From Chiloscyllium plagiosum (taxonomy: Eukaryota): a DNA stretch of 64,000 nt. Below the pieces are notes generated by a model that was not told the origin of the DNA, searched no databases, and saw only the letters and a program-made list of their open reading frames with translations. Numbering within the stretch: the first letter of the stretch is position 1; each line of letters begins with the position of its first letter. Below are positions 37,711 through 50,340 of the stretch, piece by piece. A program made the translations under genes and the position numbers. The DNA lies in contig NC_057711.1 in assembly GCF_004010195.1 (NCBI RefSeq), positions 71,931,142-71,995,141 on the forward strand, in the 5' to 3' direction.

Positions 37711-39629
37711 AATGAAAATGTATTGTCAGTTTCATGTTGTGGATAAAAGAAAGTTTCTTTCTCAGCCATTTTTCTTCTTTCCCCTTCTTGAAGTTGGTGG
37801 TGCAACATGCAGTGGACTTTGTCAACTGTTTAATCATGAAGGCCATCACTGCTGAGCACAATTCTCTCCTCATGTAACAATCATATGTAATGCACTTTCT
37901 GACATTGAATACTGAAAGAAAGCAAATCTGGTGAAACAACAAAGTTAAGAAAATGGATCCCTATTGCATTTTAAGTGCAGGGAACAAAGAAGCATTTTTT
38001 AAAAGGATTGCCTGAACTATATTGGTTAACATTCTCACATTAGCAGCTAGAAGAAATAGCCCATTTTATCACAGATAATCTGCTGGATAATATATTTGTC
38101 ACTTAATATTTATAATTTGTTTTTAACATATTAAAAGCATTATGTATGAACTGAAATGATTTTAATTGCAACTAACACACTGGTTGTCAGCAACACATCA
38201 TCACCAATGTAATATTGTATGTATTGTTCTCGTGTCCTGATATCCAATCAGGGTAGGTCTGTTACAGTAAGCGCCTTATTCTTTGTGGTGCTTTGTAAAT
38301 TGTTGACTTCAAAAATTTGGCAGTCAGCCAGGTTTTTTCTTCCCACAATACATAACTGGCTATGAAAAGCTTTCTTCCATAGCGTAGCTGTCCAGCCTTT
38401 GAATCCAGCCTTTGTTCCAATTGGTGCATTTTAATGTTTACCACACAGTCAAACCATGTGGTTTCGGATATCAGTTCAGAAATTTTTCGGATTTAAAAGC
38501 TGGTATTCATCTTTTGAAAGATGGTGGTAACTTGAACCAAAATAGTCTGCCATTTAAAGTCCCAGATCAATATAATCAATAGTTAATATTTCTCACTTTG
38601 CCTTGACTGTATGTCCCTTGTCGGCTTCCATGTCTTCAAGGCTAGATTCTAATCAGAGCACAGACCTGAAATGATTACACATAAAATTTCTTCAAAAGAA
38701 TACTTACAGCACAAAAAAAATATCTTTTGTAACCTTTCTCATTTTTGCTATTAAATGCTGTAAGTAACCGCTAATAGTCAGATGAATAACAAACGAATCA
38801 AAAGGAAATCACCAAAAATTACATTTTCAAATATATAATCGTAGACTGCTGGCTTTAAAATAAAACATTATTTTAAATCACCCTTTAATTATAGGAAAAA
38901 ATGTTTTAAAATGTATCAAAAAGATTATTTTATGCTTTTCAGGAAATATTAGTTCTAAGTCTATATTTCAAGTGTTGTGTTTTGTACACTTTTTGTGATT
39001 TGTTTGGATAAATTGAATTGCAGTATCTAAAATAACTGCATTGACATTTCAATAGAATTGTAGTTGTACCATTTTTGTTCCCTAAAAAAATGAAATGCAG
39101 CCTATATTTTGTTGCTCAGTTCACTAGAGAAAATACTTTCTTTGTATAAGAATAAGCATACCACCACTGAGTTCTGTATGACCTCAGCTTAACGTGCCTG
39201 CTTATTGCTTTCCTCGTGCAGTCTCTTGCTCATAGCAATTCTATTCTTTGACTACAGAGCCTTTCTTCTGTTCTCTCCCTGGCCCATTCATTATCAGAAA
39301 ACCTCACCATGTTTAAATAACATGGTTACTCAACCTTGTTTGATGTTTAGAATGCAACACTTCTTGAATTAAAGCCAAATGATATGTGTGCAAAAGTGTG
39401 TGAATGCCTTACTTGCTTCATGCAGCAAAAGACATTTTACACACACACATACATATTCCCTGCTAAACCTTTCTGAAGAAAAAATATGTTCCAGAGAGGT
39501 CGATTGGCCTATAAGTCATTGCTCAGTACTCTCTATTTCAGTAGTGATAGAGTCAATTTAAGTATATTTGAAGTATTAAAATACACAAGCAGGTGCCCTC
39601 ATGACAAGGATGGATGTTAGTAGGAATGG

Positions 39630-39810
39630 AAACAACCAATAGAAAATGTGAGCTGTCATTTTCACATGACAAAGCTACCAAAATCCCTCTGGATTAGTGC
39701 CACATCCTGATGAACAAACAATCTGTCTGCTGAGGGGCTTTCAGCCTATAAAAACAGGCCCAAGGAGTTGAGCATTGTGGAAGTGCCACAAATTAAGATT
39801 CAGGTCAAGT
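39630..39810 (+). promoter_or_regulatory. Candidate Pol II promoter
   Basis: CCAAT 39636, CACATG E-box 39663, GGATTA 39691, TATAAAAA 39747; motif evidence only. Confidence 0.25.
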
Positions 39811-42167
39811 CGTTTGGCCATATTACCAATGAATTTTTGAATTGTTTAAATTTTCAAATTCAATTATGATAGGAAGAAAAAAACCAGCATCACTGATGGT
39901 GTCAGACATGCAAATTAAGTCCCTGAGGATACAGATAAAAAGCAGTGCTACTACCAGAGTACTAAATCGCAGATACAAATAGCCTTAACAGAAAATGCTG
40001 TGACAACATCTCCACCACAGACAATAGCCGTCAAGCAGAGAAAAATTGAAGGAATCATAAAAACTGAATCTGACAATGGCTTGTTCTATTACATGATTTA
40101 TTTGAAGCAGGTGAATACATGCCCAGTCTTTTTGATATACTTTAGCATTTCAAACCTTTGCAAAGTGTGAAGCACAGGCATCTTTTTCACAAAATGATAC
40201 TAGTTTTGTTATTTCACTCGATGATGTGCAATATTATACTACCTTTTGTTTTAAAAAGATTGTATAGCAGAGGAAAGCTTTGAAGGCAGAACGGTGCAAT
40301 TAAACAGATGCAAACCTGCTCCCATCACCACCCCCCAGCTTCAAAACCCTTGATTTGTGGTGAGAATATGTTTATGCGGAGTGTTGTGATGAACACTGGA
40401 AGAGTAACAGTCATCAGGTTTGTTTTGTCAATCTTGAGTGCTGGTCCCTGCCATGCTGACTTCAAGGTCTCTTTCAGTCTCATGGGTTTAAGATAGAAAT
40501 TTGCTTTTGTGTCCATCAAGAATCTCACCTCAAAGGAACTGGCAAATTTCTCCTGTCCCCTGCTCCCTGCAGCATTAGATATCTCCTTGCCAGTTTTATT
40601 ATCTTGAAAATAAAAGCTTTTCAAGCCTTTAATTAGTGCCTACAGAGTGTTATCTTGTGTGGTGTAAAATTAGCTTTGTTTCAGGCTGTTTGGAGGGCAA
40701 TTAGAAACCTTTTATTAGCTGCAAAGGCTAAAGCAGCCTTATTGTAGTCACAGGACATAATCTTTCACGCTTGACAGCTCCAGTTTTCACAACTATTTGC
40801 TGTGAAAACATCGACCAGAAAGAACCAAGCCTGAAAGAGCCAGATAAATAAATACCTTGCATAACTACCTGGCTCGGGGAGGTTCCATTCTTTTTCAAGC
40901 AAATTGTCATGTGGTCAACAGGGAACAAGAAAAAATAAATTGAGGGAGGAGGTGAGGCAAGTGAGAAACTAGCCTACATCATCAAAATACTGATATACAA
41001 TAAAAATGAATCATTTTAAGTATATATTTTGAAATAGCAAGCCTACAAGGAAATGACATTATCATTCACATCCATATAAATTTACTTACTTACAAGATTC
41101 ATTGTAGTATCATTGCCTTTTTAATTTCTTATACTTGACAATTCCCATATGAAAGAACTGCATTTGAGGAAATTCTTGGGAATGGTGCCAAGCCAGTCAA
41201 ACAAGCAAAGCTTCCACTTTTGTCAGGCCTAACTCATTAAAATGTTATCATTATTCTGCATCTACTTCATAATTCATTGCTTGCTCATTACTCTTATTGT
41301 GGGTGATGAAATTTATGGAAACCTGTTTTGCCAGAACTAGGATGAACTGAAAGCCAAGATGATGAAAAACAAGACGGCTTATTACTGCTCCGAATGGGGG
41401 ATGGGCAGGACAAAGGGAAACAGCTGTGTAGGAGTAAGGACAGGCTACATTCACAGTACTGACAGGAGAATCAGTGGTGATATGTGACTGCAGGCATTAT
41501 GACATTAAGGACTTTATTTCATGACAAGGGAAAACGTTATTTCTCCCTTTTCATCTGTCAGAAGGAGAAGCCTTGGAGGTAATGGGTGCAAGGCAGAGAC
41601 AGCGAGAGTCAGAATCCTTTGAAAAGCAGACAGGGAGCAGACCAGTCAATGCTGTGTTACCTCATTTGTGAATGTATCAAGTAGAACTACAAAACACAAC
41701 AGTGTTGGAATTGTATTGATTCGTGTGACAATTACTGTACAGCCAATGGTTCAGTATCAATATTATGTTTCAGCGTGTAACATTTTATGAAAATAATAAA
41801 TTGTATTTAATTTCTAACCACCCAATCAAATTCTGAATCCGAATGCAATCTGGTATCAATGTGAAATAAACAAATAGGCTTTACTCTCTCTTCTTCTGGG
41901 TTCAATTGTTCTTGGTTTAAGTCTCAGACAAAAGAACATTGTCACAAACTCCTCACTGGATCAATGCTGGTAGAACAGAGGCCGTCTCTGGTTTCATCTT
42001 CTCACAATTCAGAATACCTACAACAAGTCCCCAAACCAGGCCTCCAACTTCTTAACATTTCCTAGCCTAGTGTAGCATTGTAAAAATGGATACACAACCT
42101 AAGGATACCATTCTGCCCCTCAAACCTGTTCCACCACTCAATTGAATCATGGCTGACCTACATCCGA

Positions 42168-42472
42168 TTCAGATTACTTACAGTGTGGAAACAGGCCCTT
42201 CGGCCCAACAAGTCCACACCGCCCCGCCGAAGCGCAACCCACCCATACCCCTACATTTACCCCTTACCTAACACTACGGGCTACTTAGCATGGCCAATTC
42301 ACCTGACCTGCACATCTTTGGACTGTGGGAGGAAACCGGAGCACCCGGAGGAAACCCACGCAGACACGGGGAGAACGTGCAAACTCCACACAGTCAGTCG
42401 CTTAGGCGGGAATTGAACCCGGGTCTCTGGCGCTGTGAGGCTGCAGTGCTAACCACTGTGCCACCGTGCCGC
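42168..42472 (-). mobile_element. Young HE1 SINE inserted in an old CR1 3' end
   Basis: Reverse-complemented A/B boxes and V domain, CpGs retained. Confidence 0.93.
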
Positions 42473-42602
42473 ACATCTTTGTGCATATGCCGTCATGACT
42501 TTAATCGACAAAAAAACTATCCATCCAGTCTTGAATGATCTAATTGTCTTCGCAGTCACCACCTTTTAGAACAGGATATTCCAGATTTCTAATTCATGTT
42601 CA

Positions 42603-42945
42603 TAGAAGCATAGAATCCATATAGTGTAGAAACAGGCCGTTTGGCCCCACAAATCCACACTGACTCTCCGAAAAGTAACCCACCCAGACCCATTCCCCTA
42701 CCCTATTAGTCTACATTTACCTCTGACTAATGCACCTAACCGACACACCCCTGAACACTATGGGCAATTTTGAATGGCCAATTCACCTAACCTGTACATT
42801 TTTGGATTATGGGAGGAAACCGGAGCACCTGGAGGAAATCCACGCAGACACAGGGGAAATGTGCAAATTCCATACAGACAGTCACCTGAGACTGGAATTG
42901 AACTCGGGTCCCTGGCGCTGTGAGACTGAGCCACCATGCACCCCA
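42603..42945 (-). mobile_element. HE1 SINE
   Basis: Reverse complement of 2870-3197. Confidence 0.9.
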
Positions 42946-42961
42946 AATTTAATAATTTTAA

Positions 42962-43125
42962 TCATTAACTATATCAGTGGTGCTGAGGTGGAGATGGTCA
43001 ACAGCATCGAGTTCCTGGAAGTGATGATCACCAACAATCTGTCCTGGTCCATCCACGTCAATGTGATGGTCAAGACAGCACAACAGTATCTTTACTTCCT
43101 CAGCAAGTGAAGGAAATTCAGCACT
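42962..43125 (+). mobile_element. Rex1/Babar fragment
   Basis: ISGAEVEMVNSIEFLEVMITNNLSWSIHVNVMVKTAQQYLYFL. Confidence 0.8.
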
Positions 43126-43169
43126 GTTAATGATTAACATAATAGAGAGTCATGTATTTTGGCTTGCTG

Positions 43170-43825
43170 AGTTTGATTCATTGTTGTCACATGTATCGAG
43201 ATAAATTAAAAGTGCTGTTATACAGACCGATCGTAAAACACAAAGTGCATCAGGGTAGCAGAACAGAGTGCAGAATACAGTGTTACAGCCACAGAGAAGG
43301 TGCAGAGACAGATCAACACCACCATTTGAGAGGTCCATTCAAAAGTCTGATAACAGCGGGAAAGATATTGTCCTTGAATCTGTTCATACATGTACACAAA
43401 CTTTTACATCTTCTGCCCGATGGAAAGGGGTGGAATAGAGTATAACTGGAGTTGGAGGAGTCTTTGATTATGTTGGGTACACTCCCGAGGCAGTGAGAAG
43501 TATAAATGGAGTCAATGGATGGAAGGCTGATGGACTAGGCTGTGCTCACAACTCTCAGCAGTTTCTTGCTATTTTGGGAAGATCAATTGCCATACCAAGC
43601 TGTGATGCAAAAAGATTGGACCCTTTCTATAGTGCATCTATAAACATTGCTAAGAGTCCTTGTGGATATGCTGAATTTCCTTTGCTTCCTGAGGAAGTAA
43701 AGACCATGTTGTGCTGTCTTGAGCATCATATTGACCTGGGTGGATGAGGACACATTGTTGGTGATCATCACTGCAAGGAACTTTATGTTGTTGACCATCT
43801 CCACTTCAGCACCACTGATACAGAC
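43170..43825 (-). mobile_element. Rex1/Babar LINE, 5'-truncated
   Basis: ORF 43583..43927 ISGAEVEMVNNIKFLAVMITNN...YRCTIERVQSFCITAWYGN. Confidence 0.85.
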
Positions 43826-44001
43826 AAGGGCATGACAATACAAAGCTAAGTGAGATGTAATTATGAGGAAGACACAAAAAGGTAGCAATAAGGTGACAGA
43901 TGTTGTGAGGTGATTTATTTTGTTCACAAAAGTAGAAATTCAGAACACCTTTTAAAAGACTTGGAATTCATAAATGGTGATCTTTAGAGATATCTGGGTG
44001 T

Positions 44002-44188
44002 AAGGCTGGTACAATTGCAACATTTAAGAGGCATTTGGATGGGTATACGAATAGGAAGGGTTTGAAGGGATATGGGCCAGGTGCTAGCAGGTGGGACTAG
44101 ATTGGGTTGGGATATCTGGTCGGCATGGACAGGTTGGACTGAAGGGTCTGTTTCCATGCTGTACATCTCTATGATTCTGTGACTCTAA
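44002..44188 (+). mobile_element. HER1 3' end
   Basis: Near-identical to 1-150 and 1350-1530. Confidence 0.92.
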
Positions 44189-44974
44189 GTACCTGTAACA
44201 AGAAGGAAAAAGATTAGCATACAGGTTTAGCAAATGACGATGAAAACAAATGGCAAAAAAAAATCTTTACTGAAAGGAGGTTGCAGCACAAGAACCAAGA
44301 AATTTTGCTTCAATTAAACAAGGTTTTGTGGAGATCATATGTATAATTTTGGTCTCTGTGTCAATAAAAGAGATGTACTTACATTGACGGCAGTTCATTC
44401 CATTGATGTTTGGATGAGAATGCTATGACAGCAGGTTAAGTAAATTGAGCCTATATTTTAAACTTGGGGCAGAATTCTCCCAATCCTTGAATAACAAGAG
44501 CAATAGCAACCGTGTTAGGAAAATATGACAAGATTGGAAAATTATAGTCTTGACATCAAGAAAAAGGTTTGATTCCATCTAAGCATTGAACGGCTAGACA
44601 AAAATCTTGCTTGTGAGCAATGAGAGACCTATTTGCATATATTAACATCTCATTGTTATCTGTTTTCACCTCATTTTTAGCATTTTCCCATTCTCCCAAG
44701 CAACAGGGAAAAATGGCACCAATTCTCCAGAACCCAGTTGCTCCTCCCATCCTGCATCTTGGCCAGCATTCCCAATACCTCAGGGCATATTTCTGTGTAG
44801 CAACGTCCACAGAAGTTGGCATTATGCATGCACATTAGCCTCACCAAATTATCACGCACATCGCATTGAATCCCTACAGTGGCCCATCGAGTCTTCACCA
44901 ACACTCCCAGAAACAGAACATCCTATCCACACCACATCCCTGAACACAATGATGTGCCCTGAACACAACAGTAC

Positions 44975-45645
44975 AATTTTTGGCGAATACTTTGTAGAGG
45001 TGTTTTTCTTCCTCTTTTTGCAGTTCTGGTGTGCTGCAGTGTGTTGTGGCCCTTTTGAATAGTGTCTTGATGCAACTTCTTTTGTGTGTGTTGGGGTGGT
45101 TGCTTTCTTAGTTCAGGACTTGGTCTGTGTGTGTGGCTTTCCTGTATACCTTTGTGGTGAATTCTCCGTTTGGTGTTCTCTGTACCATCACATTTAGGGA
45201 TGGGAGTTGGTTGTCCTTTTCTCCCTCTCTAGTGAATCGGATTCCTGTGAGTGTGACGTTGATGATCCGGTGTGTGTTTTCTATTTCTGTGTTTTTAATT
45301 ATTACAAAGGTGTCATCCACATATCTGACCCAGAGTTTGGGTTGAATTTGCGGTAAGACTGTTTGTTCTAGTCTTTGCATTACCACTTCTGCTATGAGTC
45401 CAGAGATGGGTGAGCCCATGGGTGTGCCGTTGATTTGTTCATATATTTGGTTGTTGAGTGTGAAGTATGTTGTGAGGCACAGGTCCAGTAGTTTGAGTAT
45501 ACAGTCTTTGTTGATAGGTTCCCCGTCTTGTTGTCTGTTCTGTATGTCCAGCAGGTTGGCTATTGTTTCTCTGGCTAGGGTTTTGTCAATAGAGGTGAAC
45601 AGTGCCATTACATCGAATGAAACCATTGTTTCTTCCTTGTCTTTT
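44975..45645 (-). mobile_element. Penelope-like element family 3, reverse transcriptase fragment
   Basis: ORF 45108..45728 MVSFDVMALFTSI...YEQINGTPMGSPISG...WVRYVDDTFVI...KVYRKATHTDQVLN. Confidence 0.95.
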
Positions 45646-45733
45646 CTAGCCACGAAATGACATGACCAGCTATCCTTAGTAGCCACACACGCAGATGACA
45701 AACAACATGAGTTCGACTGGGACAACACTACTA

Positions 45734-45873
45734 CTTTCCTGAAGAAGGGCTAATGCCCGAAACGTCGATTCTCCTGTTCCCTAGATGCTGCCTGACCTGC
45801 TGCGCTTCTCCAGCAACACATTTCCATCTCTGATCTCCAGCATCTGCAGACCTCATTTTCTCTTCAAAGATTT
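45734..45873 (+). mobile_element. PLE-HHR family 1 insertion with intact HHR core
   Basis: TSD caacactacta at 45723-45733 and 45874-45884; CTGAAGA(45739)-AGGGCTAATGCCC-GAAACGTC. Confidence 0.9.
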
Positions 45874-46091
45874 CAACACTACTATTATAGGACAAGCCAA
45901 ACAGAGAACAGCCAGGGAATTCCTAGAGGCATGGCACTCCTCCGCAGATTCTATCAACAAACATATCGACCTGGACCCAATATACCGGCCACTGCAGCGG
46001 ACAGCTGGAACGGACAACCGGAAGTGGCAGAGACAAACCACTATAAATGCTGGAGGAAATAACACAGAAGCACTTCACAGGAGGCTCCCAA

Positions 46092-46131
46092 GCACTGAGG
46101 ATGTCACCTAGACAGGGGACGAAACATCTGC
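46092..46131 (+). ncRNA. Minimal hammerhead ribozyme motif (PLE family 3)
   Basis: gca-CTGAGGA-t-GTC-acctagacaggg-GAC-GAAAC-ATC-tgc; stem I gca/tgc. Confidence 0.7.
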
Positions 46132-46394
46132 AACACAAATTCCCAGCTCGGCGAACACAACCACAACAGGTCAATCAGAAGCCTGATCACTCATCAGTTT
46201 AGGGCGGTCTTTCCAAGGGAAGGTTATGGTGAGCCACGGTCAGTCTGGGGGTATATTCACTGAAAATCAAGGGTTGTCAGGGGCTATCAGATGGGAACGT
46301 TTCGGAAGTCAATTGTGCGGATTGGAGACTGCATGCTGGGATGCAGAGAGGTCAATAATTGTGATGAGGGCAAACTAAACATTTAAGGATAAGA

Positions 46395-46735
46395 GATCAT
46401 GGCTCCTGTGGTATAGTGGCAGTGTTCCCACCTCTGAGCCAGAAGGTCTGGACTCAATTCCTACCTGCTCGGGTGGTGTTTTGTAACATGTCCAAGCAGG
46501 TTACTTAAAATCTTTGAGGAAGTGATGGCACACTGGTTATTTCACTGGACTAGTAATCTAGGGCTTATGCTAATGTTCTGGGGACATCAGTTCAAATCCC
46601 AGTAAGTAACATTTGAATTTGTCAGAAATCTGGAATTAAATGGTGACTGCGTAACCAGTTGATTGTTATAAAAATCCATCTGGTCCATTAATGCCCTCTG
46701 AGGAAGGAAATCTGTATCTTTCAGGTGACTCCGGA
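46395..46735 (+). mobile_element. Two tRNA-headed SINE fragments
   Basis: gtggtatagtggcagtgttcccacctctgagccagaagg...; tggcacactggtta...gttcaaatccc...aaatccatctggtccattaatgccc. Confidence 0.55.
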
Positions 46736-47999
46736 CGATGTCGATAAAAGAGAAACTGAGGCCTGGATCCAAGTCTCACCTGCTCCAGAGATGTGTCATT
46801 ATGCTTGAACAGGTTTATTAAGAATATCTATATGGGTGGGAGATAATTAAACATTGGGTACTGAGGGAGAAGTGGTCAACAGTCAGCACAATAGTGGACA
46901 TTGCAAAATTATTTTTGACATAAGTAAGCTGTATACTTGGGCATCGAATGGACAATTTAAAAAATGTGTAGACGGCAATATGGGAAGACCAAAGTTGATG
47001 AGATTGACAGGTTATCAGAAAGAAACATTAAAACTTGGGGGATATTGACACTATGTTTGCATTCCACTTGATGAAGAACTGTGTTCCCTCCAATCCACAA
47101 GTTGCCACTGAAATGAAAAATGGCTACCACCACACCAGAGAAAGTGTTTTTATTATTTCCTCTGAGGAACTGGGCTCAATGTGTATGCAATGTGAGGCCC
47201 TTCAAGTGGCAATAGCATTAAACAGCCACTCACAAAGTGCAGAGTAAAATATCATTCTGCATGTGGAACACATGCATTGACCAACCTTATCGATCAAAAT
47301 GCTTGACCACAAACAATCTTACCATTCAGCGTTACAAATTAAGCCCGCTAATGGCTGTGAAGCACAAAGTAATGTCAGGTAAACTCTAAAGATTCTCTTT
47401 AGTTGCAAAAGTTATAATCACCTTCTGAAGTTTCAAAGCCTATACAAGATGTTCACTTCACACCTTGGACTTTCAACTGTGCACACTACTATGCGATCTG
47501 CAATGCTGTCTTTTTTGGGGTTTATGGGGATTGGGGTGGGAGAAGGAGTTCTCATTATTGCTGCCACATTTACAATTGCATGCTGACTGTGTGCCAGGAG
47601 GTTTAAACAACACACATCGGAATCAGGTTAACAATATTGAAGATTAATGTAGAAATATCCCATTGTCATCCTAGTCAGAGACCTCCATGTGCCAATGTTT
47701 TGAGGACACAGCTCAAATATCATTTGAATGTGCTGCAGCTGCTGAGTTAGAGAGGAGCTGCTTCGTGTCTCATATGGTACACGGAGGCTCAAAGGAACCT
47801 TCCCCAATGGATCCGAGCACAGCAGTGGCTGTTAGTTCTGTGGCCCCTACACTAACAACGTCAGAGAGGTGGATTAAGAACACATTCTTTTGTAGGTGCA
47901 GTCACAATGATAGTCAGTCACAGAGCTAATGATGAAAGGTGAATGCGTATTTGAAAATGTGATGATGTATCCCCAGTCAGGTTTCACCCGGGCCACCTA

Positions 48000-49700
48000 T
48001 GTGCCTTCAGGAGGTTTTATTTTCCCATTCACTCACATTACGTCTTGGTGCAGTGCCACCAACTGTAGCTAGAGTGGAGGGAGCCTGCCCGAAAGCGGAC
48101 GCTGTTGGCTTTGGAGGTAAATACACCCAGAGGCATGCGTGATTAGAGAACCCAGACATGCTGAGTGTGTCCTGTCTAGATGCAGGTTCACCTTCCTCAG
48201 CTTGGAAAAGGTTGGAGATTGCAGGCAGGGTTAAGGTGGAGAGAGTAGGCACCTTTGCATAGGGAGGGGTGGCAGGGGCATATATGTGCTTCCTTCTCTG
48301 GATGGAAGACAAGCACGTATGTACGAGTGTCTAATAACATTACCCTATCTCCTTGTGAAGCAGAGCCATCTAAAGTGAGGTCAAGGGCCCTTGTCCCCCT
48401 ATTGCGTTGCCATCAGTGCAAAGCACTGATAGCAGATGGTACCAATGGAATACAGGTTGGCACGTATATACAACAGGCATAAGTTTTCTGGGCATTGGTT
48501 TCCATGGCAGCAGCCAATTTGTCCAGACACATGCATACTGGAGGAAGCACAGTGCAGAAAATATTAGAGGACTATTTCAGTTCAATTCACTTTCCGGAAA
48601 GTCTCCATCAAACCAGCCCACTACTCCTGTGTTGGGTTGTGTATTTTAGTGAAGCTATTAATGGCCAACAGGATTCAGTCATCTCCTGCTTGGACCTTAG
48701 CAGATGCATGGTCTTTGACAGTCCTCTGCATGATAGCGATCAGGGAGGATATTTGCTCAGTCCGCTGTGGAGATGTACACTGATGTGCCCATCAGAATGC
48801 ATATCCAATTAAATATCCACCAAAGGTGTAAGTATTGGAGCTGGTGCAGAGGACAGGAACCAGCATCCTATGAAGGAGTTGTAGCTTCTTCCTCAAAGGT
48901 GGAGGAGGAGATGGTGACCCTAGGTATGGGACTTTTCATGGCCTAATAGTTGCTGGCCTCTGCAGGAGATATAGAGAATGAGTTACAAAATAGGGGTAGA
49001 AATATGGACATCTTGAGAATATATTCATAGTGGAGGTAATGGGAGGGCAGTGCAGCACATGATAATAAATCTGACTTGATTGCAGAGACATGGCGACCTC
49101 GGTATCATCACATGAATGGTCATAATCCTCCCCTGCTAAGGCAATGTTTGTATACTTGTAAAGGAACGAGAAGACAAACATCAGGCACCACACCAACCCA
49201 TCTTGGCTCTGGCTGCCCTATTGTGGTGTGTTTTCTCATAGAATGAGATGATAATAGGGATTGAGTGAGGTGAAAGTGGCTGCACAACTGTTAATGCTGG
49301 AGAGATGTGGTGAGGTTTTCTTAGTGAGTAAATTGGAAGCGTGTAAGGGATTGGGTGAGTGACAGCAATTGAGGGAAGGTGCTACATGCAGTGGATTGTG
49401 AGCTTCGGAGGGAGATGGGTGCAGTGGCAGAGATAGAGTGAGTGAGAGGAGGCAGAGGGATTGTGGCTTTTACCCTGGCAGACTGCAGCTGGTCATTATG
49501 AGTCTGCCTGCACTGCTGGGCATTCCTCTGGACTGCGACCACCATACTGACTCTGGTTATGATTTCAGATCAGGTTGGCAGATTCTGGTGCCATGATCTT
49601 CTCTGGTGGCCCTGAGGAAGGAGGGTGGCCCACCGCCCCATCACCTTGTTCACCAGACCCTCTATTCTCTATAAGTAAATCAGGGCGCCAACTTGCGTCC
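48000..49700 (-). pseudogene. Decayed Harbinger Myb/SANT-like accessory ORF with intron
   Basis: ORF 49321..49545 VQRNAQQCRQTHNDQLQSAR|gtaaaa (Myb/SANT helix-3-like); next exon EKTHHNRAARAKMG...ALAGEDYDHSCDDTEV. Confidence 0.6.
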
Positions 49701-49789
49701 TTTAGCCATTTCTGGGGTAAATCTCTTCCAGACTGCAACTGTGAATGGCAGTTCCTGGCTTGCAACAATGGATCTGATGTATAACTTGG

Positions 49790-50340
49790 GTTTAGACCAT
49801 AAGATAAATGGACACAAATAGGCCATTCTGCCCATCAAGTCTGCTGTACTATTCAATCATGGCTGATATGTTTCTAAACCCTATTTTCCTGCCTTCTCCC
49901 TGTAATCTTTGATTGTCTTACCAATCAAGAACCCATTTATCTCTGTCTAAAATACATTGAACGACTTGGCCTTCACTGCCTCCTATGGCAATGAGTTCCA
50001 CAGATTTTGACCAAAGCAATTCCTCTTCATCTCAGTTCTAACGAGTTGTCCCTTCACTCTGAGACTGTGTCCCCGGGACCTAGTCTCTCCTACAGGTGTA
50101 AACACCTTCTCCACAACAACTCTATCCAGGCCTCTCAGTATTCTATAAGTTTCAATCAGGCCCCCCTCATGCTTCTAAACTCCATCAAAGTACAGAACAA
50201 GCGTCTTCAGCTACTCCTTGTACGACAAGGCCTTCATCCCCAGGCTCATTCTTGTGAACCTCCTCTGCAGTGCATCTAAGGCCAGCACATCCTTCCTTAA
50301 GTATAGAGCCCAAAAGTGCTCACAACATTCCTTTCAATGT
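49790..50340 (-). mobile_element. CR1 3' fragment
   Basis: Reverse-complemented CR1 ORF2 end and UTR. Confidence 0.8.

Larger units (their letters stand above)
45646..46170 (+). mobile_element. PLE family 3 GIY-YIG C-terminus plus 3' end, inverted relative to the RT
   Basis: HDQLSLVATHADDKQHEFDWDNTT / IIGQAKQRTAREFLEAWHSSADSINKHIDLDPIYRPL. Confidence 0.88.

Noticed and set aside
41395..41540. ttccctttgtc on the minus strand, resembling the miR-204/211 5' end
   Set aside because: The match stops after about 11 nt and no precursor hairpin is evident.
46900..47950. HARBI1-type transposase next to the Myb relic
   Set aside because: Only vague motif echoes; no DDE motif could be read with confidence.
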